A stretch of DNA of 21,819 nt from Candidatus Bipolaricaulota bacterium (GTDB lineage Bacteria; Bipolaricaulota; Bipolaricaulia; UBA7950; UBA9294). Both the position numbers and the translations under genes were made by a program. Position 1 is the stretch's first letter. Every line of letters begins with the position of its first letter. Positions 1 to 8,986 of the stretch are shown piece by piece. Below the pieces are notes generated by a model. The model made no database searches and was not told the origin of the DNA. It worked only from the letters and a program-made list of their open reading frames with translations. The stretch spans positions 1 to 21,819 of the forward strand of contig JBFMGK010000057.1 of the NCBI GenBank assembly GCA_040752575.1, given 5' to 3'.

Positions 1-1246
1 GCACGCGATCGTACCCCATCTTCTCGGCCTCACGAACCCTCTCGGCCAGCCGCCGCACCGCGCGAACCTCGCCCGACAGCCCGACCTCGCCAACGACGGC
101 CGTGCGCGCGGGGACGGATCGGTGGCGCACACTCGACAGGATCGCCGCCACCGCCCCCAGATCGCTTCCCCGCTCCCGCGCTTCGAGGCCCCCTGCCACG
201 GAGAGATAGACATCGGCCGCGCCGACCCGTACCCCAAGCTCCTTCTCGATCACCGCGAGGAGCAGCAGCACCCGATTCACATCGAGCCCCGTGCACCGTC
301 GTTGCGGCACGCCGAAGCCTCCTGTGGGTGACACGAGAGCCTGGAGCTCGACGAGGATCGGTCGCGACCCCTCGAGAACAGGGACCACGACGGCTCCCGG
401 ACGCGGCGCCGCCCCGTGCCCTTCGAGGAAGAACTGGGAAGGGTTCGCGACCTCCCGCATCCCGTCGGCGGCCATCCGAAACACCGCCGCCTCATCGGTC
501 GCGCCGAATCGGTTCTTCACGGAGCGCAGGAAGCGCACGTCCTCGCCGCGGCTTCCCTCGAGGTACAGCGCGACATCGACAAGGTGCTCGACCGACTTCG
601 GACCGGCGAAGGCCCCGTCCTTGGTGATGTGACCCACGAGGAACGTCACGATCCGTCTTGCTTTGGTAAGTCGGATCAGCTCTGCGGACACCTCGCGCAG
701 TTGCCGCACGCTGCCGGCCTCGCCCTCGATGTCCGCGGAGGCGACGGTCTGGATGGAGTCCACGAGGAGCGCGCAGGGGGCGACGCGTTCCACCGCAGCC
801 GCGATCCGCTCCAGGGACTGCTCCGCGAGGACGAAGAGCCGACGGCTGTCGACGCCAAGGCGGCTGGCGCGGAGCTTGACCTGGCTCTCCGACTCCTCGC
901 CGGAAACGTAGAGCACACTGCCCACACCCTCGGCAAGGGCCTGAGCGACCTGAAGCAGGAGGGTCGACTTGCCGATGCCCGGCTCGCCGCCAAACAGGAT
1001 CACGCCGCCGGGGACGAGACCGCCGCCGAGCAGACGGTCGAGTTCGCCCATTCCGGAAGGGATGCGCGCGACATCGTCGAGACTGATCTCGGAGATCGGT
1101 CGCGGTTCTTCGCCCAGCCACGAGGTGCCGGCGGGTTCTTCGGACTGCAGCTTCGCTTCGGCGAAGGAGTCCCACGCCCCGCAGCTCGGACAGCGCCCGA
1201 GCCACTTCACCGATCGGTGGCCGCAGCGGGCGCAGGCGAACGACAC
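1..1246 (-). CDS. radA: DNA repair protein RadA/Sms (3' end runs off the window)
   Basis: Not in the ORF track because there is no stop codon in the window. Read manually from GTG at 1246: C4 zinc finger FACARCG...WLGRCPSCGAW, Walker A GGEPGIGKSTLLLQ, VSGEES, VDSIQ, GHITK, RadA signature KNRFG, and Lon-like C-terminal GEVGLSGEVR. Starts 1 nt after the clpC stop. Confidence 0.96.
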   Translation of the reverse strand, partial: MSFACARCGHRSVKWLGRCPSCGAWDSFAEAKLQSEEPAGTSWLGEEPRPISEISLDDVARIPSGMGELDRLLGGGLVPGGVILFGGEPGIGKSTLLLQVAQALAEGVGSVLYVSGEESESQVKLRASRLGVDSRRLFVLAEQSLERIAAAVERVAPCALLVDSIQTVASADIEGEAGSVRQLREVSAELIRLTKARRIVTFLVGHITKDGAFAGPKSVEHLVDVALYLEGSRGEDVRFLRSVKNRFGATDEAAVFRMAADGMREVANPSQFFLEGHGAAPRPGAVVVPVLEGSRPILVELQALVSPTGGFGVPQRRCTGLDVNRVLLLLAVIEKELGVRVGAADVYLSVAGGLEARERGSDLGAVAAILSSVRHRSVPARTAVVGEVGLSGEVRAVRRLAERVREAEKMGYDRV

Positions 1247-1247
1247 C

Positions 1248-3665
1248 TCATCCCCCTTGCGTGAACCGCAGCTCGTCTCCGTCCGCCGACGCCGTCACCG
1301 AGGCTCCCGCGCCAAACCGACCGGCGAGGATCTCCTCGGAGATGGGGTTCTCGATCAGCCGTTCGATCGTGCGACGCATGGGTCTCGCACCGTACTTCGG
1401 GTCGTACCCCTGACGGATCAACAGATCCCACGCCGAGTCATCCAAGTGGAAGCGAATGTCACGCTCGGCGAGCAGTCGCACCTTCAGTTCGTCGACCATC
1501 AGCTTCGCGATGTGTCGAACCTGCTCGCGGTTGAGCTGGTGGAAGACGATGATGTCATCGAGGCGATTGAGGAACTCAGGGCGGAACACGTTGCGCGCCT
1601 CACCAATGACGCGGGACTTCATGTCCTGGTACGGCTCGTCCGATCCCTCGCGGTGGTCGCTGAAGCCCAGCGCCTCTCGGTCCGTGATCAACTCGCTCCC
1701 GACGTTCGACGTCATGATCAGAACCGCGTTACGGAAGTCGACGCGCCGACCTTGTGAATCGGTCAGAATCCCGTCTTCCATGACCTGGAGAAGGATGTTG
1801 AACACATCGCGGTGCGCCTTCTCGATCTCGTCGAACAACACGACGGAATAGGGTCGGTGCCTCACCTTCTCGGTGAGCTCGCCCGCTTCGTCGTAGCCGA
1901 CATAGCCCGGAGGCGCGCCTGTCAAACGGGACACCGAGAACCGCTCCATGTACTCGGACATGTCCACACGGATGAGCGCGTCTTCGTCGCCGAACAGGAA
2001 CTCGGCCAACGTCTTCGACAGTTCGGTCTTTCCCACGCCCGTCGGTCCGAGGAACATGAACACCCCGACGGGGCGCTTCGGGTTCTTCACACCGGCGTAA
2101 GCACGGCGAATCGACCGCGAGACCGCGCGAACGGCCTCCTCCTGCGCGATCAGCCGGTCGTGGATCTTCTCCTCCATCGACACGAGTCGAACGCTTTCCT
2201 CTTCCTGAACGTGTCCGATGGGAACGCCCGTCCACATCGACACCATGCGCGCGATGTCGCGTCCGGTCGCCTGGAGCTCGCCGGCCTCGCCTCCCTCTTC
2301 CCGCTCGGCGTGGGCCTTTCGCTCGAGCTCCGCCTTTTGGTCGCGAACGCGCGCCGCGGCCTCGTAATCCTGTGCAGCCACGGCGGCCTGCTCGCGCCGA
2401 TCGAGTTCTTCGATCTCGTCGAGCGCCTCGCGAACCGCTTCCGGGAGCTGCGAACTTTGGAGCTTGATCCGCGCCGCCGTCTCGTCGATCAGATCGATCG
2501 CCTTGTCCGGCAAGCACTGATCGGTCACGTAGCGATCGGACAAGCGCGCCGCTTCGTGCAGCGCGTCGTCGGTAATCTTGACCCCATGGTGCTTTTCGTA
2601 ACGTGGCCGCAGCCCGCGTAGGATTTCGATCGTCGTCTCGACGGACGGCTCTTCGACCTGAATCGTCTTGAAACGTCGCTTGAGGGCCGGGTCTTTCTCC
2701 ACCGACTTGCGGTACTCGTCGGGCGTTGCCGTGCCGATACACTGAATCGCCCCCGAGGCCAGCGGCGGCTTCAAGATCGACGAGGCGTCGATCGCTCCCT
2801 CGGCTCCGCCGGCGCCGACGACGGTGTGAAGCTCATCGATGAACAGGATCACGTTGTCGCTCTCGGCAACGTGGCTGAGCAGCGTCTTGAGGCGCTGCTC
2901 GAACTCGCCGCGGTACTTCGTCCCCGCGACGACGGAGGCCATGTCGAGTTCGAGGATCTCCTTCGACCGCAAGATGGTCGGAACGTCGCCCGACGCGATC
3001 TTCTGGGCCAACCCCTCGACAATCGCCGTCTTCCCGACGCCGGACTCGCCGATGAGCGCGGGGTTGTTCTTCTTGCGACGCGTGAGGGTCTGGATGATCC
3101 GCTCCATCTCGCCCTCGCGCCCGATCACGGGGTCCAGGTTGCCGGCCATCGCCTCCTCCACGAGGTTTCGGCCGAACTCCGCGAGGTCGCCTTTCCTCTG
3201 GGGCTGGCGCTTGGCGCGCACCGCGAGACCGATCCCCGTCGGCGGAAGGAAGTAGGCGCGTGTCTTCGTCAGGTCGATGCCCAGCTGCTGGAGCATGGAG
3301 GCGCCCGTGCCCTCGCCTTCGCGCAACATGCCCATGAGCAGGTGTTCGGGGCGGATCGTGTTGAGGCCGGCGCGCCGCGCTTCCTCGAAGCTGATCTTCA
3401 TCACGCGCTTGAGCCGAGGCGTGGGTTCCAGATCGTCGGCGGACAACTTGACCTCGCCGCGCCCTTTCTCCTCCTCGAGCAGCCCGGCCACCTTCTCGTA
3501 GGTCACGCCGTGCGTCGAGAGGAAGCGGTATACGTCGCTCCCGGTGAGCTTCAAGAACGCGAGAAGGAGGTGCTCGGTCCCAACGTAGCTATGCCGCCAC
3601 TCTTCCGCCTCTTCTTGCGAAACGGCGATAATCTCCATCGACTCGCGCGAGAACCGATCGTACAT
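1248..3665 (-). CDS. clpC: ATP-dependent Clp protease ATP-binding subunit ClpC
   Basis: Two Clp N repeats (GTEHLLL, PEHLL), AAA1 GESGVGKT/FIDELH, UVR-like coiled coil QDYEAAARVRD, AAA2 GPTGVGKTE/FDEIEKAH, ClpP-docking LGF loop. SD GGAGGAGG precedes the ATG. Confidence 0.95.
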   Translation of the reverse strand: MYDRFSRESMEIIAVSQEEAEEWRHSYVGTEHLLLAFLKLTGSDVYRFLSTHGVTYEKVAGLLEEEKGRGEVKLSADDLEPTPRLKRVMKISFEEARRAGLNTIRPEHLLMGMLREGEGTGASMLQQLGIDLTKTRAYFLPPTGIGLAVRAKRQPQRKGDLAEFGRNLVEEAMAGNLDPVIGREGEMERIIQTLTRRKKNNPALIGESGVGKTAIVEGLAQKIASGDVPTILRSKEILELDMASVVAGTKYRGEFEQRLKTLLSHVAESDNVILFIDELHTVVGAGGAEGAIDASSILKPPLASGAIQCIGTATPDEYRKSVEKDPALKRRFKTIQVEEPSVETTIEILRGLRPRYEKHHGVKITDDALHEAARLSDRYVTDQCLPDKAIDLIDETAARIKLQSSQLPEAVREALDEIEELDRREQAAVAAQDYEAAARVRDQKAELERKAHAEREEGGEAGELQATGRDIARMVSMWTGVPIGHVQEEESVRLVSMEEKIHDRLIAQEEAVRAVSRSIRRAYAGVKNPKRPVGVFMFLGPTGVGKTELSKTLAEFLFGDEDALIRVDMSEYMERFSVSRLTGAPPGYVGYDEAGELTEKVRHRPYSVVLFDEIEKAHRDVFNILLQVMEDGILTDSQGRRVDFRNAVLIMTSNVGSELITDREALGFSDHREGSDEPYQDMKSRVIGEARNVFRPEFLNRLDDIIVFHQLNREQVRHIAKLMVDELKVRLLAERDIRFHLDDSAWDLLIRQGYDPKYGARPMRRTIERLIENPISEEILAGRFGAGASVTASADGDELRFTQGG

Positions 3666-3697
3666 CCGACCTCCTCCGTCGGCCTGTCCCTGCAGGA

Positions 3698-3725
3698 AGT
3701 ATACCCGTCATGCCGAGAGCTACAA
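3698..3725 (-). promoter_or_regulatory. Putative internal sigma70-type promoter for clpC-radA
   Basis: Minus strand TTGTAG (3725-3720), 16 nt spacer, TATACT (3703-3698). The -35 overlaps the pth stop codon. Confidence 0.55.
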
Positions 3726-4286
3726 CGGATCGAGCTTTCGGTTGATCTCCGTCATCGCCGCGTCGAGGCCTCGCTCGCGGACGAGGTCGATCGCCTCGAC
3801 GGCGCGCTCGAGGGCCGGGACGATGCGTCTCCACTCCTCGGGCGTGAACCGCTCGAGAACGTAGTCCGCTCCGGGCGCCGATCGACCTTCCGTCTCGATT
3901 CCGATTCGCAAGCGCGGGATCTGCTCGGTACGCAGGCAGGCGATGACGGAGCCCATACCCTTGTGGCTTCCCGCCCCCCCGGAACCGAGAAGCCGCACCC
4001 GTCCCAAGGGCAGGTCAAGGTCGTCGTAGATCACGAGGGCGTCGCGAAGGTCCACGCCGCGGCGCCGGAGGACGCCCTGCACGGCGATCCCGCTCTCGTT
4101 CATGAACGTCGTCGGCTTAACGAGGAGAAGGTCGTTCCAAGAATAGACGAGGGCGGAGTTCTCGACCCGCCCTCTCGCTCGAACCCGGTGGACGCTCCGG
4201 TAGAGGTCCACTGCCTCGAACCCGACGTTGTGTCGTGTGAGCGCGTAGGCCAGTCCAGGGTTTCCCAACCCGAAGACGGCCTTCAA
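3720..4286 (-). CDS. pth: Peptidyl-tRNA hydrolase
   Basis: GLGNPG, TRHNVGF, KPTTFMNESG, YDDLDLP, RLRIGI, YVL motifs. Start moved from the ORF-track 4490 to TTG at 4286, preceded by AGGGGGG just after the rplY stop; 188 aa. Confidence 0.95.
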   Translation of the reverse strand: MKAVFGLGNPGLAYALTRHNVGFEAVDLYRSVHRVRARGRVENSALVYSWNDLLLVKPTTFMNESGIAVQGVLRRRGVDLRDALVIYDDLDLPLGRVRLLGSGGAGSHKGMGSVIACLRTEQIPRLRIGIETEGRSAPGADYVLERFTPEEWRRIVPALERAVEAIDLVRERGLDAAMTEINRKLDPL

Positions 4287-4293
4287 AGCCCCC

Positions 4294-4932
4294 CTAGGTC
4301 TCCGCCGATTCCGCGGCGGGCGCTTCCGCCGCGCCCTCGGCCGCCGCCCCGGCGGCCTCGGCAGCTTCCGCGGTCTCCGCAACGAGGCTGCGCGGTGCGA
4401 TGACCGTGACCAGCACGCGCTCCGGCGGGAGAAGCGGTTCGACCTTGTCGAACGTGAGCTCGCTGACGTGGACGGAGTCCCCGACCTCAAGCTCGCTCAC
4501 GTCAATCGTGAAGAGGTGGGGGATGTCCTTCGGGAGACCGCGGACGGGGATTGTTCGGAACTGCACGTTGAGGATGCCGCCGGACTTCGCTCCCTTGGAC
4601 TCGCCCGTGATCTTCACGGGAACGTTGAGCTTCAGCGGGTGCTTCGCCTCGGGGTGGTAGAAGTCGACGTGCAGCGGCTCATCGGTGACCGCGTCGTAGT
4701 CCACCGCCTTGAGGAAGACGTGCATCTCCTGAGGCTTTCCGGATGCGTCGATCTTCAGGTTGATCTGCGAACTCCGCGTGATCTTGGAGAAGAGAACCTG
4801 CAGGTCACGGCGCGTAACGGCAATCGGCGTGCTCTCCATGGCAGGTCCATAGACGACTCCCGGGATAACCCCGCGGCGGCGCAACGCCTCCGCCTTGCCC
4901 CCGGGTCTCGTGGTCGCGTTCAGCGTGTGCAT
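4294..4932 (-). CDS. rplY: 50S ribosomal protein L25, long two-domain Ctc type
   Basis: LRRRGVIPGVVYG, LHVDFY, VPVKITGES, second beta domain IDVSELEVGDSVHVSEL, Ala/Glu-rich tail. The position prs-rplY-pth is a conserved arrangement. Confidence 0.95.
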   Translation of the reverse strand: MHTLNATTRPGGKAEALRRRGVIPGVVYGPAMESTPIAVTRRDLQVLFSKITRSSQINLKIDASGKPQEMHVFLKAVDYDAVTDEPLHVDFYHPEAKHPLKLNVPVKITGESKGAKSGGILNVQFRTIPVRGLPKDIPHLFTIDVSELEVGDSVHVSELTFDKVEPLLPPERVLVTVIAPRSLVAETAEAAEAAGAAAEGAAEAPAAESAET

Positions 4933-4948
4933 GGTGACTCCTACGACG

Positions 4949-5905
4949 CTAGTAGTGCGGGAAAAGGTGGCTCACCGACTTGTACTCGAAGATTCGGTGG
5001 ATGGTCTTCGCAAGGTGCTCGCCGACCGAGATGTAATCGACAATTCCACTCTTCTCCGCGCGTTCGGAGAAGATGGTATTGGTTACTACGACGCGTTTCA
5101 AGGGACACCCGGCCAACAGGTCCCAAGCATCGCCGGAGAAGATGCCATGCGTCGCGTACGCACGGATCGACAGCGCCCCGTTCTCGTGAAGCGCGCACGC
5201 CGCTTTCACCAGCGTCCCGCCCGAGGAGATGATGTCGTCGACGAGGATCACGTTCTTGCCGGCGACGTCGCCGATCACGTTCATCACGCTGACCACGGAG
5301 CCGTCCTGGCTCCGCCGCTTCTCGAGTATGGCCAACGGGAGATCGAGTTGCTCGGCAACCATTCTCGCGCGCACCGCACCTCCGGCATCGGGTGCCACGA
5401 TCACCGCGTTGTCGAGCCCTTCAACGCACGTGCGGATGTGATCGGCGAAGATCCAATCTGCCCGAAGGTTGTCCACCGGAATGTTGAAGAAGCCCTGGAT
5501 CTGCCCGGCGTGCAGATCCATCGTCAACATGCGATCAGCGCCCGCCGTCTCGATGAGGTTGGCGACGAGTCGTGCCGAGATCGGCACTCGTCCTGTGTGC
5601 TTTCGGTCCTGCCGCGCGTACCCGTAGTACGGGACCACGGCGATGACCGTCCGCGCCGAAGCGCGTTTCACCGCATCGATGATGAGCAGGAGTTCCATCA
5701 GGTGCTCGTTGACCGGCGGACACGTCGGCTGAATGACGAAGACGTCTGCGCCGCGAACGGTCTCGCGGATGCGCACTCGGACCTCTCCGTCGCTGAACCG
5801 GTCCACACCGGCGTCGCATAGGTCAATCCCGAGAGAGGTCGCAATCTCATGAGCCAGAACGGGGTTCGCATTGCCGGCGATGAGTTTCAGCTCGCGCTCA
5901 ATCAT
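4949..5905 (-). CDS. prs: Ribose-phosphate pyrophosphokinase
   Basis: [59 protein letters not shown] overlap with the glmU stop. Confidence 0.97.
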   Translation of the reverse strand: MIERELKLIAGNANPVLAHEIATSLGIDLCDAGVDRFSDGEVRVRIRETVRGADVFVIQPTCPPVNEHLMELLLIIDAVKRASARTVIAVVPYYGYARQDRKHTGRVPISARLVANLIETAGADRMLTMDLHAGQIQGFFNIPVDNLRADWIFADHIRTCVEGLDNAVIVAPDAGGAVRARMVAEQLDLPLAILEKRRSQDGSVVSVMNVIGDVAGKNVILVDDIISSGGTLVKAACALHENGALSIRAYATHGIFSGDAWDLLAGCPLKRVVVTNTIFSERAEKSGIVDYISVGEHLAKTIHRIFEYKSVSHLFPHY

Positions 5906-7098
5906 CGTTCCTCCTGGGACGCAGTCGGCTTCCGCTCCTTGATCACCTGGCGAGCGCGCCCCAGGGCCAGGTGCCCCGGCGGCACGTCTTCCGTGATGGT
6001 GGACCCCGCGCCGACGATCGCCCCGCGGCCGATCGTCACCGGAGCCACAAGCGCCGCGTGACTTCCGATGAAGGCTCCGTCTTCGATCACCGTGCGATGC
6101 TTGGCTGACCCATCATAGTTGCAGGTGATGGTGCCCGCGCCGACGTTGACCCGGTCGCCGACGTTCGCGTCGCCGAGATAGCTCAGGTGTCCGACCTTGG
6201 AGTCTTCCCCGATCCGCGACGCCTTCACCTCGACGAAGTTCCCGACCCGCGCTCTGGAGCCGATCTGGGCACCCTGTCTTAAGTGGGCAAAGGGCCCGAT
6301 GCGCGCGCTGGGTCCGACGGCGGCCCCCTCGAGAACGGAGTACCTGACGATGGCCCCGTCCTCGACGCGGCTGTCTTCGATCCAGACGTCCGGCCCGATG
6401 CGACACCCCACGCCGAGGAGCGAGCGCCCCTTGACGTAGGTCCCGGGCCACAGGATGGTCCCGGGCCCGACCGAAGCCGTGTCGTCGACCGCCGTCCGCT
6501 CGACGTCCATGACCAGCACGCCGTCCTCGCCGAGGCGAGCAAGGCGTCGGAGCCGGGCCGTGCGCTCGACGGTCGAGTAGGCCGCCGGCGTGGAGAGGCG
6601 CATCGCGTCGTCGGGATCGGGGGCGCGCCACGTGCCTCCATCGGCGACCAGTCCGCGGCAATCGTCTCGGCGGGATCCGGCGCGGATTGCGGCCCGTGCG
6701 TCCTCGGACCCATGGAATGCGGCCATGACTCCCGAGGCCTCAAGGAGCCGCGGGGTCGCCCCACTTCCCGCTGCAGTCAGGAACGCGCGAACCGTCGCCG
6801 GCGTCAGCAGTGCGAGGTCGGCGCACAGCACGAGGACGGATCGGTTGCCCAGGCGAGCCGCGAGATCGGGAGAGGTTCCGTCGCTCTCGCAGAGCACGAA
6901 GGGGATTCCGACGGCTTCGGCGGCAGTTCGGAAGGATGTACCGCCCAGAAGAAGGACGTCGCGGGTGTCGGCCGCGACGAGTGCATTGCACACCCTCGCG
7001 AGAACGGGGACCCCGCACACCGGCAACAGCAGGCGCTCGGCGCTCCACGTGGAGGCTTCGGCCCCCGCCAGTACGACCGCGACAACAGGCAGCTTCAT
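5902..7098 (-). CDS. glmU: GlmU-like protein: intact C-terminal glucosamine-1-phosphate acetyltransferase (left-handed beta helix), degenerate N-terminal uridyltransferase domain
   Basis: C-terminal [50 protein letters not shown]; glmU-prs synteny. Start set at ATG 7098 ([12 protein letters not shown]) because the ORF-track start at 7242 overlaps trpS. Confidence 0.88.
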   Translation of the reverse strand: MKLPVVAVVLAGAEASTWSAERLLLPVCGVPVLARVCNALVAADTRDVLLLGGTSFRTAAEAVGIPFVLCESDGTSPDLAARLGNRSVLVLCADLALLTPATVRAFLTAAGSGATPRLLEASGVMAAFHGSEDARAAIRAGSRRDDCRGLVADGGTWRAPDPDDAMRLSTPAAYSTVERTARLRRLARLGEDGVLVMDVERTAVDDTASVGPGTILWPGTYVKGRSLLGVGCRIGPDVWIEDSRVEDGAIVRYSVLEGAAVGPSARIGPFAHLRQGAQIGSRARVGNFVEVKASRIGEDSKVGHLSYLGDANVGDRVNVGAGTITCNYDGSAKHRTVIEDGAFIGSHAALVAPVTIGRGAIVGAGSTITEDVPPGHLALGRARQVIKERKPTASQEER

Positions 7099-7112
7099 CT
7101 CGTCCCCGGGCG

Positions 7113-7142
7113 ATGATACGCGAGCCGAGATGTCGCGAGCAA
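7113..7142 (-). promoter_or_regulatory. Putative sigma70-type promoter of the glmU operon
   Basis: Minus strand TTGCTC (7142-7137), 18 nt spacer, TATCAT (7118-7113), 14 nt upstream of the ATG. Confidence 0.45.
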
Positions 7143-7155
7143 CCGGAATCTTCGC

Positions 7156-7185
7156 TTGTCGTGCGACGGATCGCTCGCCTATACT
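7156..7185 (+). promoter_or_regulatory. Putative sigma70-type promoter of trpS
   Basis: TTGTCG (7156-7161), 18 nt spacer, TATACT (7180-7185). Confidence 0.55.
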
Positions 7186-7216
7186 CCCGTCGGACCTTCC
7201 AGAATGGAGGAAGAGC

Positions 7217-8218
7217 GTGTCGAAGAGGATCTTCTCAGGCATTCAGCCGACCGGAACGTTGCACATCGGGAACTATCTCGGCGCCATCCGAAACTGGGTC
7301 GCCCTCCAGAGCACGGCCCACTGCGTCTACTGCGTTGTCGACTACCACGCGATCACGGTCGACATCGACGCCGCGGAGCTCCGTCGTGCTTCCATGTCCA
7401 TGGCGCTCGACCTCTTGGCATGCGGCGTGGATCCCGAGGAGTCCATCCTGTTTGTCCAGGCCGACGTGCCCGCGCACACCGAGTTGGCTTGGATTCTCGG
7501 CTGCGTCACGTCGTACGGCGACCTGACGCGGATGACGCAGTTCAAGGACAAGTCCGAGAAGCAGGACTTTGTCTCCTCGGGCCTGTTCACCTACCCCGTG
7601 CTCCAGGCGGCGGACATTCTGATGTACCGGGCCCACGGCGTGCCGGTCGGAGAGGATCAGGTGCAGCACATCGAACTCTCCCGGCGCATTGCGCGGCGGT
7701 TCAACGCGCGCTTCGGCGAAGTGTTTCCCGAACCGGAACCGATCGTCACGCACGGCGCGAGGATCATGTCGCTCGCCGACCCTACGGCCAAGATGTCGAA
7801 GAGCGCCGGAGAGGCGCACTACGTCGGCGTGATGGAAGACGAGAAGTCGATCCGGAAGAAGGTGCGCTCCGCGGTAACCGACGTCGGACGGACCCCGGGG
7901 GGAGAGATGTCGCCGGGAGTCGCCAATCTCTTCCAGATCCTCGAGATCGTCTGCGAAGGACTTGGCGATCTCGACACCGCCAAGGCCCTGCGCGAGGAGC
8001 ATGGCGCCGGGACGCTGCTCTATTCGCGTCTCAAGGACACGGTCTTCGAGCGGCTCATGGAGGCGCTGCGTCCGATCCGCGAGCGGCGCGCGCAGCTCGA
8101 AGCGTCCGGCGAACTTCCCGCGGTGTTGGCCGCCGGGGCACGACGCGCGGCGGACATCGCGGCGCAGACGATGAACGAAGTCCGCGACAGGGCCGGCCTC
8201 GGCACGGCACGTCGATAG
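7217..8218 (+). CDS. trpS: Tryptophan--tRNA ligase
   Basis: [16 protein letters not shown] (HIGH motif), [31 protein letters not shown] start at 7217 with GGAGG at 7206-7210; the ORF-track extension to 6590 is spurious. Confidence 0.97.
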   Translation: MSKRIFSGIQPTGTLHIGNYLGAIRNWVALQSTAHCVYCVVDYHAITVDIDAAELRRASMSMALDLLACGVDPEESILFVQADVPAHTELAWILGCVTSYGDLTRMTQFKDKSEKQDFVSSGLFTYPVLQAADILMYRAHGVPVGEDQVQHIELSRRIARRFNARFGEVFPEPEPIVTHGARIMSLADPTAKMSKSAGEAHYVGVMEDEKSIRKKVRSAVTDVGRTPGGEMSPGVANLFQILEIVCEGLGDLDTAKALREEHGAGTLLYSRLKDTVFERLMEALRPIRERRAQLEASGELPAVLAAGARRAADIAAQTMNEVRDRAGLGTARR

Positions 8219-8269
8219 CAGCGCGGCCCGTCAAGTCCTGCTCCGCGACGCCTCCCACGTCAGGCGAAT

Positions 8270-8977
8270 CTATGCGTCTCGGATGCCGCCCCCCTGCACG
8301 TGCGGCGCAATGTCCGGCCACGCTGCGCGCAGCGCCGCTACGCCGAGTGCATCTCGGCCGGCCCACGTGGGATCGACGAGGGACTTCTCCACCGGAGCGC
8401 GAAACGGTTGCAGGAAGTAGCGTCGCGGTCCCTGAATCCACTGAGCAACGCGAACGAGGTCGCGCGCCGCAAGTCCCGGCGCGACGGTCGTCCTGAACTC
8501 GCCGTCCGGAGCGCGGCTCCGCACGAGATCGATCGATTGCTCGATCCGCGGGAGATCGACGGCGGTTCCGCAGAACTCGTCGTACCGCTCGGGGGGACCT
8601 TTCAGGTCCATCGCAACGTAGTCCACGAGGCCTCGGGCCAGCAGATCGGCAAGCCGCTCGGGAACGGTGCCGTTCGTGTCCAGCTTGGTGGAGAAGCCGA
8701 GACGCCGCACTTCCAGCAGGAAGGAGCCGAGGTCCGGCTGCAGCGTGGGCTCGCCGCCCGTGACGACAACGCTGTCGAGGAAGCCGCGACGATCGGCCAG
8801 GCGCGCGAGGAGATCCGTCGGATCCAGCTTCGCTCCGCCAGCCACAAGTTCAGGCAAGACCAACTCGGGGTTGTGGCAGAACGGGCAGCGCAGGTTGCAC
8901 CCGCCGAGAAAGACGACGGCGGCAAGCTTTCCCGGATCGTCGCACAGTGAAAGCGGAAGCCAAGCTGCGATATGCAG
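8270..8977 (-). CDS. nrdG: Anaerobic ribonucleoside-triphosphate reductase activating enzyme (radical SAM)
   Basis: CNLRCPFCHN (CxxxCxxC) lies upstream of the ORF-track start, so the gene must extend further 5'. Also TGGEPT, KLDTNG, AMDLK, EFRTT. The best-placed start is CTG at 8977 with AGGAGG 5 nt upstream. Confidence 0.92.
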   Translation of the reverse strand: MHIAAWLPLSLCDDPGKLAAVVFLGGCNLRCPFCHNPELVLPELVAGGAKLDPTDLLARLADRRGFLDSVVVTGGEPTLQPDLGSFLLEVRRLGFSTKLDTNGTVPERLADLLARGLVDYVAMDLKGPPERYDEFCGTAVDLPRIEQSIDLVRSRAPDGEFRTTVAPGLAARDLVRVAQWIQGPRRYFLQPFRAPVEKSLVDPTWAGRDALGVAALRAAWPDIAPHVQGGGIRDA

Positions 8978-8986
8978 TTCGACCTC

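Noticed and set aside
4297..4385. Low-complexity GC-rich repeat-like stretch
   Set aside because: It encodes the ordinary Ala/Glu-rich tail of L25/Ctc.
2826..4403. Long antisense or alternative-frame ORFs (for example 2826-4403, 7156-8496, 19700-21085, 18107-19192)
   Set aside because: They overlap well-supported genes, have no recognisable motifs, and are the expected shadow ORFs of GC-rich coding DNA.
7099..7216. T-box or attenuator ahead of trpS
   Set aside because: The predicted leader is only about 25 nt, with no T-box motif or terminator.
6590..7242. Apparent long overlap of glmU and trpS in the ORF track
   Set aside because: Family N-termini, the trpS SD and the promoter matches place the starts at 7098 and 7217, so there is no overlap.
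8219..8269. Terminator between convergent trpS and nrdG (CGCCT...AGGCG stem)
   Set aside because: The stem is short and has no U-tract on either strand, so it cannot be supported as an intrinsic terminator.
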